From positions 102,621 through 166,620 of the forward strand of contig CAZSQX010000002.1 in the NCBI GenBank assembly GCA_964609125.1: 64,000 nucleotides of DNA, given 5' to 3'. Positions 28,059 to 36,919 of this stretch are shown piece by piece. A model generated the notes under the pieces. The model was not told the DNA's origin. It ran no database searches and was given only the letters and a program-made list of their open reading frames with translations. Numbering within the stretch: position 1 is the stretch's first letter; every line of letters starts with the position of its first letter. The stretch is from an uncultured bacterium. GTDB lineage: Bacteria; Eisenbacteria; RBG-16-71-46. Made by a program: the position numbers and the translations under genes.

Positions 28059-28718
28059 ATGCGCATCGCCTACCACGTCATGTCGGCACCGGCGCCGCTC
28101 GGGCTCCTGTTCCTCGCCGCCGGCGAGAGGGGCGTGCGTCACGTCGAGTTCATGGACCGGAAGAGCCTCAAGCGCACCGTCGCCGCGCACGACGCGCGCT
28201 GGCCGGGCGGCACCTGGGAGCCGTCCGTGCTCGGGCTCCGCCCGTATGCGGACCAGCTCGACCAGTTCTTCACCGGCACCGCGAAGTCGCTCGACTGGCC
28301 GCTGGACCTGGCGGGCGACGAGCTGTCGGTGGCGGTGTGGCGCGCGCTCCGGCGCGTGCCGTACGGCGAGACGTGCACCGTGGCCGAGCTGGCGCGCGAG
28401 GTGGGCCAGCCGCGCAACCTGCGCGCGGTGGCGCAGGCCGTACTCACGAACCCGCTCGCGATCGTGGTGCCGTGCCACCGCGTGCTGGGGGCGGACGGCA
28501 AGCCCTCCAACTACGTGGGCGGGCTCCCGCGCAAGAAGTTCCTGCTCGCGCTCGAACAGCGGTTCGGGCGCATGGCCGGGCTGGACGAGAACCGCGTGAT
28601 CGGCGAGCTCGTCCGCCGCGTGCCGCGGCCGGCCGCGCGCCAGCGGCCCGCGCTCAAGCGCGCGACGCCGAAGAAGCGCGTCGCCGTGCTGGTCTCCGCC
28701 AAGAGGCGCCCGCGCTGA
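28059..28718 (+). CDS. ogt: methylated-DNA--protein-cysteine methyltransferase (Ogt/MGMT) with basic C-terminal tail
   Basis: Active-site PCHRV and the ETxTVAELAxxVGxPxNLRAVAxAxxxNP helix-turn-helix region. Lys/Arg-rich C-terminal ~40 aa. Confidence 0.85.
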   Translation: MRIAYHVMSAPAPLGLLFLAAGERGVRHVEFMDRKSLKRTVAAHDARWPGGTWEPSVLGLRPYADQLDQFFTGTAKSLDWPLDLAGDELSVAVWRALRRVPYGETCTVAELAREVGQPRNLRAVAQAVLTNPLAIVVPCHRVLGADGKPSNYVGGLPRKKFLLALEQRFGRMAGLDENRVIGELVRRVPRPAARQRPALKRATPKKRVAVLVSAKRRPR

Positions 28719-28734
28719 CCCCGCCGCTCCCCGG

Positions 28735-29907
28735 ATGGATCCCACCGGCATGCGACCCGACCTCCGCCGCCGCGGTCCCGCCTGGGCGCTCGTGACGCTG
28801 TCGCTGGGGCTCGCGCTCGCCGGCGCGCGGCCGGTGCACTCGCTGCCCGCCTACGCCGCGCGCACCGGGCTCGACTGCCGGTCGTGCCACTTCGACCCCA
28901 ACGGCGGCGGCCCGCGCAACGCGTTCGGGTTCGTGTTCGAGAAGCAGCGCCACGACCTGGCTCCCGATCCCGACCCGCGCCGGGCGGAGTTGCCCTCCAC
29001 GAACCGGTTCGGCGACGTGCTCTACGTGGGCACGAACACGCGCATGCTCTACGTCGGGATGGGGACCTGGGACCTGGTGCAGGCCTCGTCGTTCTTCCAG
29101 ATGCAGGGCGCGCTCGGCCTGACGCTCCGGCCGCACCCGAACCTGGCCATCGTCATGGTGCGCGACTTCGGCGAGTTCTCCGGCGACATCACGCGCGACC
29201 TCTACGGCCTGATCCAGGACGGCGGCGGCAACTAATACGTGAAGGCCGGGCGCATCCGCGGCGTGTTCGGCCTGCGCCAGGACGACCACACCGCGGGCAC
29301 GCGCGGCGGGTTCCTCGACACCGCGGCGGGCGGCACCGGCGGGCTCCTGCCGTACGACCCGCGCGGCGTGGCGACCGGGATCGAGGCGGGTGTGGCCCGC
29401 GGCGGCTGGACGCTTTCGGCCTCGCTCACGAACGGCGGGCCCGCGTTCGCGAACCCGGTCCAGACCGTGGCCGCGAAGCTCGCCGCTCCGGCGCCGTTCG
29501 GACGGGTGGGGTTCTCCGTCTACGACGACTTCGCGACCTCCACCCGGCAGCGGCACACGCGCTGGAGCGGCTTCGGGTTCGCGCGGATGCCGGGGGTACC
29601 CGACCTCACGCTCCAGGGCGAGATCGGCCTCGGGACCGACGACCTCGGGAACGGGGTGAAGCACAACCTGCGCGCGACCTGCGCCCAGGCCGACTACCGC
29701 TTCAGCCGCGCGTTCACGCTGCGCGGGCGCTACGACTTCGCCGACGTCTTCCGCAGCGAGCCGGGGAACGCCTCCGAACGTTTCGCGGCCGAAGGCGAGT
29801 GGACGCTCGTGCCGTTCGCCGACCTGCGGCTCGGCTACCGCGAGATCGTCCCCGAGAAGTCGGGGAACGAGCACATGTGGCTCGCCATGGTCCACCTCTA
29901 CTACTGA
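28735..29907 (+). pseudogene. Cyc2-like fused monoheme cytochrome c-outer membrane porin, interrupted by one in-frame TAA (29233..29235)
   Basis: ORFs 28735..29235 and 29239..29907 share a frame, separated only by TAA. Part 1 has a signal peptide and CRSCH (CxxCH) about 10 residues after the predicted cleavage site. Part 2 has no signal peptide but ends with beta-barrel-type ...VHLYY. The pattern of short amphipathic strands runs straight across the stop. Confidence 0.55.
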
Positions 29908-29908
29908 C

Positions 29909-30370
29909 ATGGCGCGCCGGAGCCTCGACCTCGCTCGGCTCGTCGCGGCCGGCCTCGCGCTGGTCTCGGCGGTCGGCTGCACCGAGAAGGTGCCGATGCC
30001 CACGGATCCCACCGGCGGACCCGGACCGGGTCCGGGCGGCCCTCCCCTGACCCCCGACTCGATCCAGGCGATCTTCACCGCCCGCTGCATCGGCTGCCAC
30101 TCCGGCGGCTCGCCGGCGGCCGGCATGGACCTGAGCGCGGGCCACTCCTACGAGAACACGGTCGACGTGCCGTCGGCCGCGTGCGCGGGCCTCGACCGCA
30201 TCGAACCGAACGATCCCGCGAACAGCTGCCTGGTGCGGCGCATCGAGGGCTCCGTGTCGCCGCGCATGCCGCTGGGCGGCACGGGGCCGCTCCCCGCGGC
30301 GGACATCGCGAAGATCCGCAGTTGGATCTCGCAGGGCGCGCCCGGCGTCGTGTCGGGCCCGGTGCCCTAG
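29909..30370 (+). CDS. lipoprotein monoheme c-type cytochrome (PSCyt1-like domain)
   Basis: Lipobox LVSAVGC. Then IFTARCIGCHSGGSPAAGMDLS ... CLVRRIEGSVSPRMP ... IRSWISQGAP, matching the Planctomycete-type cytochrome c (PSCyt1) pattern. ATG overlaps the upstream stop (TGACATG). Confidence 0.65.
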   Translation: MARRSLDLARLVAAGLALVSAVGCTEKVPMPTDPTGGPGPGPGGPPLTPDSIQAIFTARCIGCHSGGSPAAGMDLSAGHSYENTVDVPSAACAGLDRIEPNDPANSCLVRRIEGSVSPRMPLGGTGPLPAADIAKIRSWISQGAPGVVSGPVP

Positions 30371-30376
30371 GAGTCC

Positions 30377-30509
30377 TTCATCGATTCGGCGCCACGCAAG
30401 CCGGGCCGGGGCGGCGTCGATTCGCGGGTGGGGCCGCGAAGCGGGGTCCCCGCGGGTGAATCGATCCCGGCCCGGGCCGGCGGTGATGCGGAATCAGCGA
30501 AAGCCATCT
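30377..30509. repeat. ~100-130-bp palindromic repeat element, copy B
   Basis: See copy A. Copy B carries extra imperfect terminal inverted ends (ttcatcgattcgg ... cggaatcagcgaa). Lies 7 bp after the cytochrome lipoprotein stop. Confidence 0.75.
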
Positions 30510-30597
30510 GGGCTCGGTCTGGGAACACGACGCGAGCGCGACGGGGTGCCGGTGCCCCCGCGGCGCCGGCGTGCCGCCTGCGCGCGCGGGCGCCGCG

Positions 30598-31671
30598 CTA
30601 CGCCCCGCGCGCGAAGTGGTCCCAGCCGCGCGGCTCGAGCGGGCGGACCCCGCCGGCGCGCGTGACCAGCTCCAGCCCCGCGCCCGCGCGCGCCTCGCCG
30701 ATGCGCGCGAGCGGCACGCCCGAGTCCGCCGCGATCCGCGCGCAGCGCTCGAACCCGCCCGGCTCGATCGCGAGCAGCAGCTCGTAGTCGTCGCTCGGGC
30801 CGAGCTGGAGATGGGCGAGCAGCGCGCCCTCGCCCGCGGGCAGCGGCCCGCGCTCCTGTCCCGCCGCGGCCGAGAGGGCGCGGGCGGCGGTCCGCAGCGG
30901 CTCGTCCGCAGGGAGTTGCGCCTCCTCCAGCCGCGCACCCACGCCGCTCGCGCGGCAGACGTGCGCGAGATCGGCCGCGAGCCCGTCGCTCACGTCGATG
31001 GCCGCGCGCACGGCGCCGCTGGCGGCGAGCGCGCGGGCCAGCCGCACGCGGCAGGGCGGCGCGACGACGCGGGCGACGATCGCCTCCGGCACGCGCGCGC
31101 GCGACGGGGGATTCCCCCACAGCGCGAGCGCCAGGAAGGCGGCGGCGCTCCCCGGCACCCCGGTCACCGCGAGCACGTCGCCCGCGCGCGCCCCGGCGCG
31201 CGTCCAGGCGCGCCCGCGCTCCACCTCGCCGATCAGCGCGAGCGTGGCGACCAGCGGGCCGTCGGTGGCGGACAGGTTCCCGCCCACGACCGCGGCGCCC
31301 TCGGCGGCGAGGCGTTCCGCGCACGCGCGCTCGAGCGCCTCGCAGTCGGCGGCGCTCCACGACTCGGGCAAGGCGAGCGAGACGAGCGCCCAGCGCGGCT
31401 CGGCGGCCATCGCCGCCAGGTCGGAGAGGTTCGCGGCGGCCATGCGCGCGCCCGCCTCCTCCGGCGAGAACAGGTCGCGCCGGAAATGCCGTCCCTCCAC
31501 GAGCGCGTCGCACGTCGCGACCAGGTCGCGGCCCTCGCATGGCCGCAGCACGGCCGCGTCGTCGCCGGGGCCGACCACCACGCCCTCGCCGCGCGGAAGC
31601 CCCGCCACGATGGCGGCGATGCGCTCGAACTCCGACCCGTTCCGGGCGCGGGCGTCGCGCGGCTCACGCAC
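30598..31671 (-). CDS. thiL: thiamine-monophosphate kinase
   Basis: AIR-synthase-like fold signatures (DDAAVL, GEGHFRRDLF, DVSDGLAADL) characteristic of ThiL. Confidence 0.8.
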   Translation of the reverse strand: MREPRDARARNGSEFERIAAIVAGLPRGEGVVVGPGDDAAVLRPCEGRDLVATCDALVEGRHFRRDLFSPEEAGARMAAANLSDLAAMAAEPRWALVSLALPESWSAADCEALERACAERLAAEGAAVVGGNLSATDGPLVATLALIGEVERGRAWTRAGARAGDVLAVTGVPGSAAAFLALALWGNPPSRARVPEAIVARVVAPPCRVRLARALAASGAVRAAIDVSDGLAADLAHVCRASGVGARLEEAQLPADEPLRTAARALSAAAGQERGPLPAGEGALLAHLQLGPSDDYELLLAIEPGGFERCARIAADSGVPLARIGEARAGAGLELVTRAGGVRPLEPRGWDHFARGA

Positions 31672-32950
31672 GGGCGGCCCTCTGCGGACCGTCCGACCCC
31701 GAGGGCAGGAGCGCGGCCAGGGCCACGGCCGCGGCGAGCGCGAGCAGCGCGCCCAGCGCGAACGGAGCCTGCGGGCCCACGCGCTCCCACAGCAGCCCGG
31801 CCACGATGCTCGCGGGCAGCAGCGCCGCGCCCACCACCGCGTGGTAGACGCCGTACGCGGTCGCGCGCCGCTCGCGCGGCACCAGGTCGGCCACCAGGCT
31901 CCGCGCCTGCCCGTCGGCGAGCGCGGTATGCACCGCGAGCAGCGCGAACGCGATCACCGCGCCCGCGCGGCCGGGCGAGAACGCGGCCACCCAGTAGGCG
32001 AGCGCGTAGACCAGGTAGCCCGCGAGCAGCAGCGGCCGCCGGCCGACCCTGTCCGAGAGCCCGCCGAACGGGAACGCCAGCGCGGCCGCGAGCAGGTTGT
32101 AGCCCAGGTAGACGAGCGCCACCTCGCCCGCCGAGAAGCCCGCGTGCTGCGAGCGGAGCAGCAGGAACGCCATGCTCGAGTTGCCGAGCTGGAACAGCGC
32201 GTCGGCCGCGACGAAGCGGCGGAAGCGCGCGCCCAGCGGCGTCGTGGCGCGCCCCGCGGCCGCGCGCGCGTGCGCGGCCACGCGGGGCGCGCGCACGAAC
32301 GCCGCGAGCACGGCCACCGCGAGCGCGGCGGGGATCGCCGAGACGAGGAAGATCCGCCGGTAGCCTTCGGCGCCGAGGTGCGACCACCGCGCCAGCAGCC
32401 ACCACGCCACGAGCGGGCCCATCGCCGCGCCGGCCGTGTCCATGGCTCGGTGCAGCCCGAACGCGCGGCCGAGGAGCGGCGCGGGCGTCGAATCGGCGAT
32501 GAGCGCGTCGCGCGGCGGGTTGCGGAGCGCCTTGCCGACGCGGTCGCCGAAGCGGAGCCCGAGCAGCACGGTCCAGCTCGCGGCCCACGCCATGGCCGTC
32601 TTGCACGCGCCCGAGAGTCCGTAGCCCGCGACCAGGAACGGCTTCCGGTGCCCGATCCGGTCGGAGACGCGGCCGGAGACCAGACGCAACGCCGAGGCGG
32701 TGGCCTCGGCGACGCCCTCGATCCATCCGAGGCTCGCGACCGAGGCGCCCAGCGTGGCGGTGACGAACAACGGCATCACCGGCACCAGCATCTCGCTCGA
32801 GATGTCGGTGAGGAGCGAGGTGAAACCGAGCGCGACGACGTTGGGGTGGATGCCGGCGACACCGCCCGGGGCCGGCGACCCGGCGGACGGCCCGCCGGCG
32901 TCCGGACCGGACGGCGCCGGACCGGCCCCCGGCCCCCGCGACTCGCTCAT
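31664..32950 (-). CDS. MFS transporter
   Basis: 12 predicted TM helices and the MFS loop motif GRVSDRIGHRKP. 8-bp overlap with thiL. Confidence 0.8.
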   Translation of the reverse strand: MSESRGPGAGPAPSGPDAGGPSAGSPAPGGVAGIHPNVVALGFTSLLTDISSEMLVPVMPLFVTATLGASVASLGWIEGVAEATASALRLVSGRVSDRIGHRKPFLVAGYGLSGACKTAMAWAASWTVLLGLRFGDRVGKALRNPPRDALIADSTPAPLLGRAFGLHRAMDTAGAAMGPLVAWWLLARWSHLGAEGYRRIFLVSAIPAALAVAVLAAFVRAPRVAAHARAAAGRATTPLGARFRRFVAADALFQLGNSSMAFLLLRSQHAGFSAGEVALVYLGYNLLAAALAFPFGGLSDRVGRRPLLLAGYLVYALAYWVAAFSPGRAGAVIAFALLAVHTALADGQARSLVADLVPRERRATAYGVYHAVVGAALLPASIVAGLLWERVGPQAPFALGALLALAAAVALAALLPSGSDGPQRAARA

Positions 32951-32987
32951 CGCGCTCCTCCGCCCGGCCCGCTCGAGGCGGGCCGGC

Positions 32988-34433
32988 TCACTCGATCTCC
33001 CGGACCTCCATCGCCCCGAGGCCGTCCAGCGCCTTCTTCGCCAACTCGCCGTTCGTGACCACCAGGATCTTGAGGTCGTTCGTGCAGAAGTACGCCTTCA
33101 GCACGCGCTTCGCGTCCTCCATGGTCACTGCGCCGATCCTGTCCGGGTAGCTGGCGATGAAGTCCTGCGGCAGCCCGAAGAACTCGGCGCTCGCGATCTC
33201 GGCCGCCAGGTCGTCGGGCGACTGGAGCCCGAGCGGGAATTGGCCCTTGAGGAAGACGCGCGCCTTGTCGAGCTCGGCCTCGGTCGGGCCCTCGTCCACG
33301 AGTTTCTGAACCTCGGCCAGCACCGCGTCCACGCACTTCCGCAGCTGTTCGTTGCGCGTGAACGTGCTGATCCGGAACGCGCCGGAGTTGCGGTTGTGCC
33401 GGAACCCGCTGCCGATGCTGTAGGTGAGCCCCTGCTCGACGCGGATCGAGTTCACGAGCCGCGACGTGAAGCCGCCGCCGCAGATGGTGTTGGCCACCTG
33501 CAGCGCGTACCAGTCGGGGTGGTTGCGCGGCACCGACGGGCACATCATGCGGATCTGGGTCTGCGTGGCCTCGGGCTTGTTGATCACGCGCAGCGTGCGC
33601 CCGCGGATCGCCGCGGCCGGCCCGTAGGGGTCCTTGTCCGGCGCCGCCCCCGCGCGCTTCCAGCCGGCGAACGCCGTCTTGAGCGAGGCGGTGAGCGCCT
33701 GCGGCGAGACGTCGCCGACCACGACCAGCACCGAGCGCTCCGGCGTGACGAATCCGGCGTGGTAGCGCACCACGTCGTCGCGCGTGATGGCCTTGACGCT
33801 CGCCTCCCAGCCGATCGGCGGGTGGCCGAGCGGGCTGTCGCCCCAGAACCAGCGCGTCATCGCGTTCTCGGCGATCACCGACGGCTCGCTCTTGTCCGAG
33901 GCGATCTGGCCGAGCGCCTCCTCCTTCTTGCGCTCGAAGTCCTCGGCGCTGAAGCGGGGCGACACGATCACGTCGCGGAACATCTCGAGGCCGAGCGCCA
34001 GGTCCTTCTTGAGCACCTCGCAGCTCACCACCAGCTGCTCCGAGCCGGCGTTCGCGTCGAGCGACCCGCCCACGAACTCGATGTCGCCGGCCACCTGCTT
34101 GGCGTCGCGCCTGCCCGCGCCCTGCGTGAGCAGGTCCGCGGTGAGCCGCGCGAGCCCCTCGCGCCCGGCCGGGTCGTTGACCGAGCCGGCGCGGGCGAGG
34201 AGCCGGAAGTCCACGAGCGGCAGCCTCGAGGTGGGCACGATCACCACCTGGAGCCCGTTGGGGAGCGTCGTGCGCACCCACGCCCCCGTCTTCGCCTTCT
34301 CGGCGGCCCCTGCGGGTGCCGGCGCGGCGAGCGAGGCGGCCAGCGCCAGCGCGGCGAGCGCGCGGGTCCCCCGGCGGCCGGCGCGCGCCGGGGCGGCCGG
34401 AGACCCCGCCGGCATGTCCGTGGCGCGGCTCAT
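32988..34433 (-). CDS. M16-family peptidase subunit (no HxxEH; pairs with upstream subunit)
   Basis: Signal peptide and M16 fold motifs. Start at the ATG overlapping the upstream stop (ATGA); the longer ORF 32988..35831 is a read-through artefact. Confidence 0.8.
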   Translation of the reverse strand: MSRATDMPAGSPAAPARAGRRGTRALAALALAASLAAPAPAGAAEKAKTGAWVRTTLPNGLQVVIVPTSRLPLVDFRLLARAGSVNDPAGREGLARLTADLLTQGAGRRDAKQVAGDIEFVGGSLDANAGSEQLVVSCEVLKKDLALGLEMFRDVIVSPRFSAEDFERKKEEALGQIASDKSEPSVIAENAMTRWFWGDSPLGHPPIGWEASVKAITRDDVVRYHAGFVTPERSVLVVVGDVSPQALTASLKTAFAGWKRAGAAPDKDPYGPAAAIRGRTLRVINKPEATQTQIRMMCPSVPRNHPDWYALQVANTICGGGFTSRLVNSIRVEQGLTYSIGSGFRHNRNSGAFRISTFTRNEQLRKCVDAVLAEVQKLVDEGPTEAELDKARVFLKGQFPLGLQSPDDLAAEIASAEFFGLPQDFIASYPDRIGAVTMEDAKRVLKAYFCTNDLKILVVTNGELAKKALDGLGAMEVREIE

Positions 34434-35818
34434 GGCTGGGCCTCCTTCCCCACCGCGAGCGGCGTCAGGAACGCCACCGTGCGCCGGGTCGGGTCGAACA
34501 CCTGCTTCGCCACCCGCCGGCAGTCGGCGGCGGTCACGGCGCGGTACTTCTCGATCGCCGAGAACATCTTCCGGTAGTCGCCGTGGATGTGCTCGTAGAA
34601 CCCGAGCGTGCGCCCGGCGCCGTTGTTGGTCTTGAGCGCCGAGATGAACCCCATCTCGGCCTGGTTGCGCGCCTTCTGCAGCTCGCGCTCGGTCGGGCCT
34701 TCGGTCGCGAGCCGCTCGATCTCGGCGTAGAGCGCCTTCTCGCCGTCGGCGGTGGACCGGCCGGGCTTCATCTCGACGTAGAACTCGAACAGCCCCGGCT
34801 CGAGCCCGGCCTGGAACGAGGCCGCGGCGGTGAGCGCGATCTGCTGGTCGTAGATGAGCGCCTGGTGGAGCCGTGAGGACTCGCCGCCCGAGAGGATGTT
34901 CGCGACCACGTCGAGCGCCCAGATGTCCGCGCTCGCCACGCCCGGCGCCTTGTAGCCGGCCATGAACGACACGGTCTCGCTCGGGTAGCGGACCTCGACG
35001 CGGCGCTCGCCGTTCTGCTCCGGCTCGGAGTTCACCGGCGCGGCCGGCGGGGCCTGCTTGGGGATCGAGCCGAAGTGGTGCGCGATCTTGGCCTTCACGT
35101 CGGCCGGGTCGAAGTCGCCGACCAGGAGCAGGACGCAGTTGTTGGGGGCGTAGTAGGTGCGGAAGTAGTCCACCAGCTCGTCGCGGGTGATCCGCTCGAG
35201 GTCCTTCATCCAGCCCACCACCGGCCACTGGTAGGGCGAGGCCACGAACGCCGACGCGTAGAGCGCCTCGTTCAGGAGCCCCGGCACCGAGTTGTCGGTG
35301 CGGAACCGGCGCTCCTCGCGCACGACCTCCACCTCGCTCTTGCACAGCTCCGGGATCAGCGACAGCTCGCGCATGCGGTCGGCGTCCAGCTCGAACATCT
35401 TGTCGAGCGACTCCTTGCCGCCCTCCTCGTAGTACGCGGTCATGTCGTAGCTCGTGAACGCGTTGGAGTAGGCGCCGCGCGACTCGAGCTGCCGGTCGTA
35501 CTCCTTGGGCGGCACGTTCTTCGAGCCGTTGAACATCATGTGCTCGAAGAAGTGCGAGATTCCGGTGATGCCCTGGCGCTCGTTGCGCGAGCCCACCTTG
35601 TACCATTGCCAGAAGCACACGACCGGCACGGTCGGGTCGCGGTGCAGGAGCACGGTGATGCCGTTGTCGAGCGTGTAGCGCTCGACCGGGTAGTTGGCGG
35701 GTGAGAGCGCGGGTCCGCTCGCGGGCCGGGCGGTCGCCGCCCGGGCGGCGCCCGCCGCCCCGAGGGCGGAGGGTGTGAGCAGGAGCGCCAGGACGAGCGC
35801 GCCGATGCGACGGGACAT
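34430..35818 (-). CDS. M16-family zinc peptidase (pitrilysin-like, HxxEH)
   Basis: Inverted zinc motif HFFEHMMF and downstream E ligands. GAGGAGG RBS; signal peptide. Confidence 0.85.
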   Translation of the reverse strand: MSRRIGALVLALLLTPSALGAAGAARAATARPASGPALSPANYPVERYTLDNGITVLLHRDPTVPVVCFWQWYKVGSRNERQGITGISHFFEHMMFNGSKNVPPKEYDRQLESRGAYSNAFTSYDMTAYYEEGGKESLDKMFELDADRMRELSLIPELCKSEVEVVREERRFRTDNSVPGLLNEALYASAFVASPYQWPVVGWMKDLERITRDELVDYFRTYYAPNNCVLLLVGDFDPADVKAKIAHHFGSIPKQAPPAAPVNSEPEQNGERRVEVRYPSETVSFMAGYKAPGVASADIWALDVVANILSGGESSRLHQALIYDQQIALTAAASFQAGLEPGLFEFYVEMKPGRSTADGEKALYAEIERLATEGPTERELQKARNQAEMGFISALKTNNGAGRTLGFYEHIHGDYRKMFSAIEKYRAVTAADCRRVAKQVFDPTRRTVAFLTPLAVGKEAQP

Positions 35819-36085
35819 GGGGCCTCCTCACGGGATGGGCGGACGGTGGACCCCGGGGAGGCTAGGGGCGGCGGCGGGACCTCACAAGCGGACCGGGGCG
35901 GACGCCGGCCCCGGAGGGACCGGCGCTGCCCTCGAACGCCCGGCGGGCTCGCGCCGCGGCCGGCGGAGCGGGCGGGTGGCGCGGGTCGCGGCGGGACGGT
36001 TCGCCGCCGGGCCGCGCCGCGGGGGCGGAGGCCCCGGCGAGAACGCGACGGCGGGCCGGCCACGGGGGCCGGCCCGCCGCGGGGA

Positions 36086-36640
36086 TCACTTGCCGAGCCT
36101 GTAGGACAGCCCGGCGCGCAGCGAGAACTGGCTGAAGTCCGAGACCACCCCGTACCACGCCTCGGCGAGGAAGTCGGTGCGCGGGTTCATGGGCGTGCTG
36201 ATGCCGCCGCCCAGGTCGAACCCGAGCTTCGTCTGCGAGTCGCTCACCGACAGGGACGGCGTGAAGCTGTTGTCGGTGACCTCCAGGCTGATGAAGTGGA
36301 GCGCGAGGCCGCCGCCCGCGAACGGGCGGATCTTGGGATTCGCGGTCTCGAAGTGGTACTTGCCGCGGGCCCCGACCGCGATGTCGCGGACCTTGGTCTC
36401 GACGCCGAGGTAGTTCTCCGACCACGACCAGTGGTCGATGCGGGACTCGAGGCCCACGTTCGGGGCGATGGTGCCCCAGTCGGCGAAGCCGCCGAAGCTG
36501 AACGTGCCGTCGAGGTTCTCCGGGCTGACGTATCCGATCGCCACGCCCAGGTTCTTGAGCCCCAGGTTCGACTGGGCCATCGCCGCCGGCGCGACTGCGA
36601 GGCCGAGCACCGCCGCGAGAAGCAGGGTGATGCGCTTCAT
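36086..36640 (-). CDS. small outer membrane beta-barrel protein (OmpW/OmpA-barrel-like)
   Basis: Signal peptide MKRITLLLAAVLGLAVAPAAMA, alternating beta-strand pattern, C-terminal ...SYRLGK. GGAGGG RBS. Confidence 0.65.
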   Translation of the reverse strand: MKRITLLLAAVLGLAVAPAAMAQSNLGLKNLGVAIGYVSPENLDGTFSFGGFADWGTIAPNVGLESRIDHWSWSENYLGVETKVRDIAVGARGKYHFETANPKIRPFAGGGLALHFISLEVTDNSFTPSLSVSDSQTKLGFDLGGGISTPMNPRTDFLAEAWYGVVSDFSQFSLRAGLSYRLGK

Positions 36641-36919
36641 GGTTCCCTCCCTCGTGCTGCGCGGCCGGGCGCTCGTGTGGGGAGTCCACCGGCCGGGCCG
36701 CGCCCACGACCCCGGTTGTCGGCCGCGGCCGCCCGTGTGGTCAGGGGAATCGCCCGGCGCCGACCGGCGCTCCAGGCACTCGGCGCCGCCGGGCGGGGCG
36801 GCTCCAACCGCCCGTGCGCGGGCGGCCCGGGAGCCTCCGGGCCCCGCCTCCGGCGGCGCGCGCCCCGGCTCCGCCCCGCCAATTGGCACCCCATGGGAGA
36901 ACGCGCTAGGTTCGCCCGC

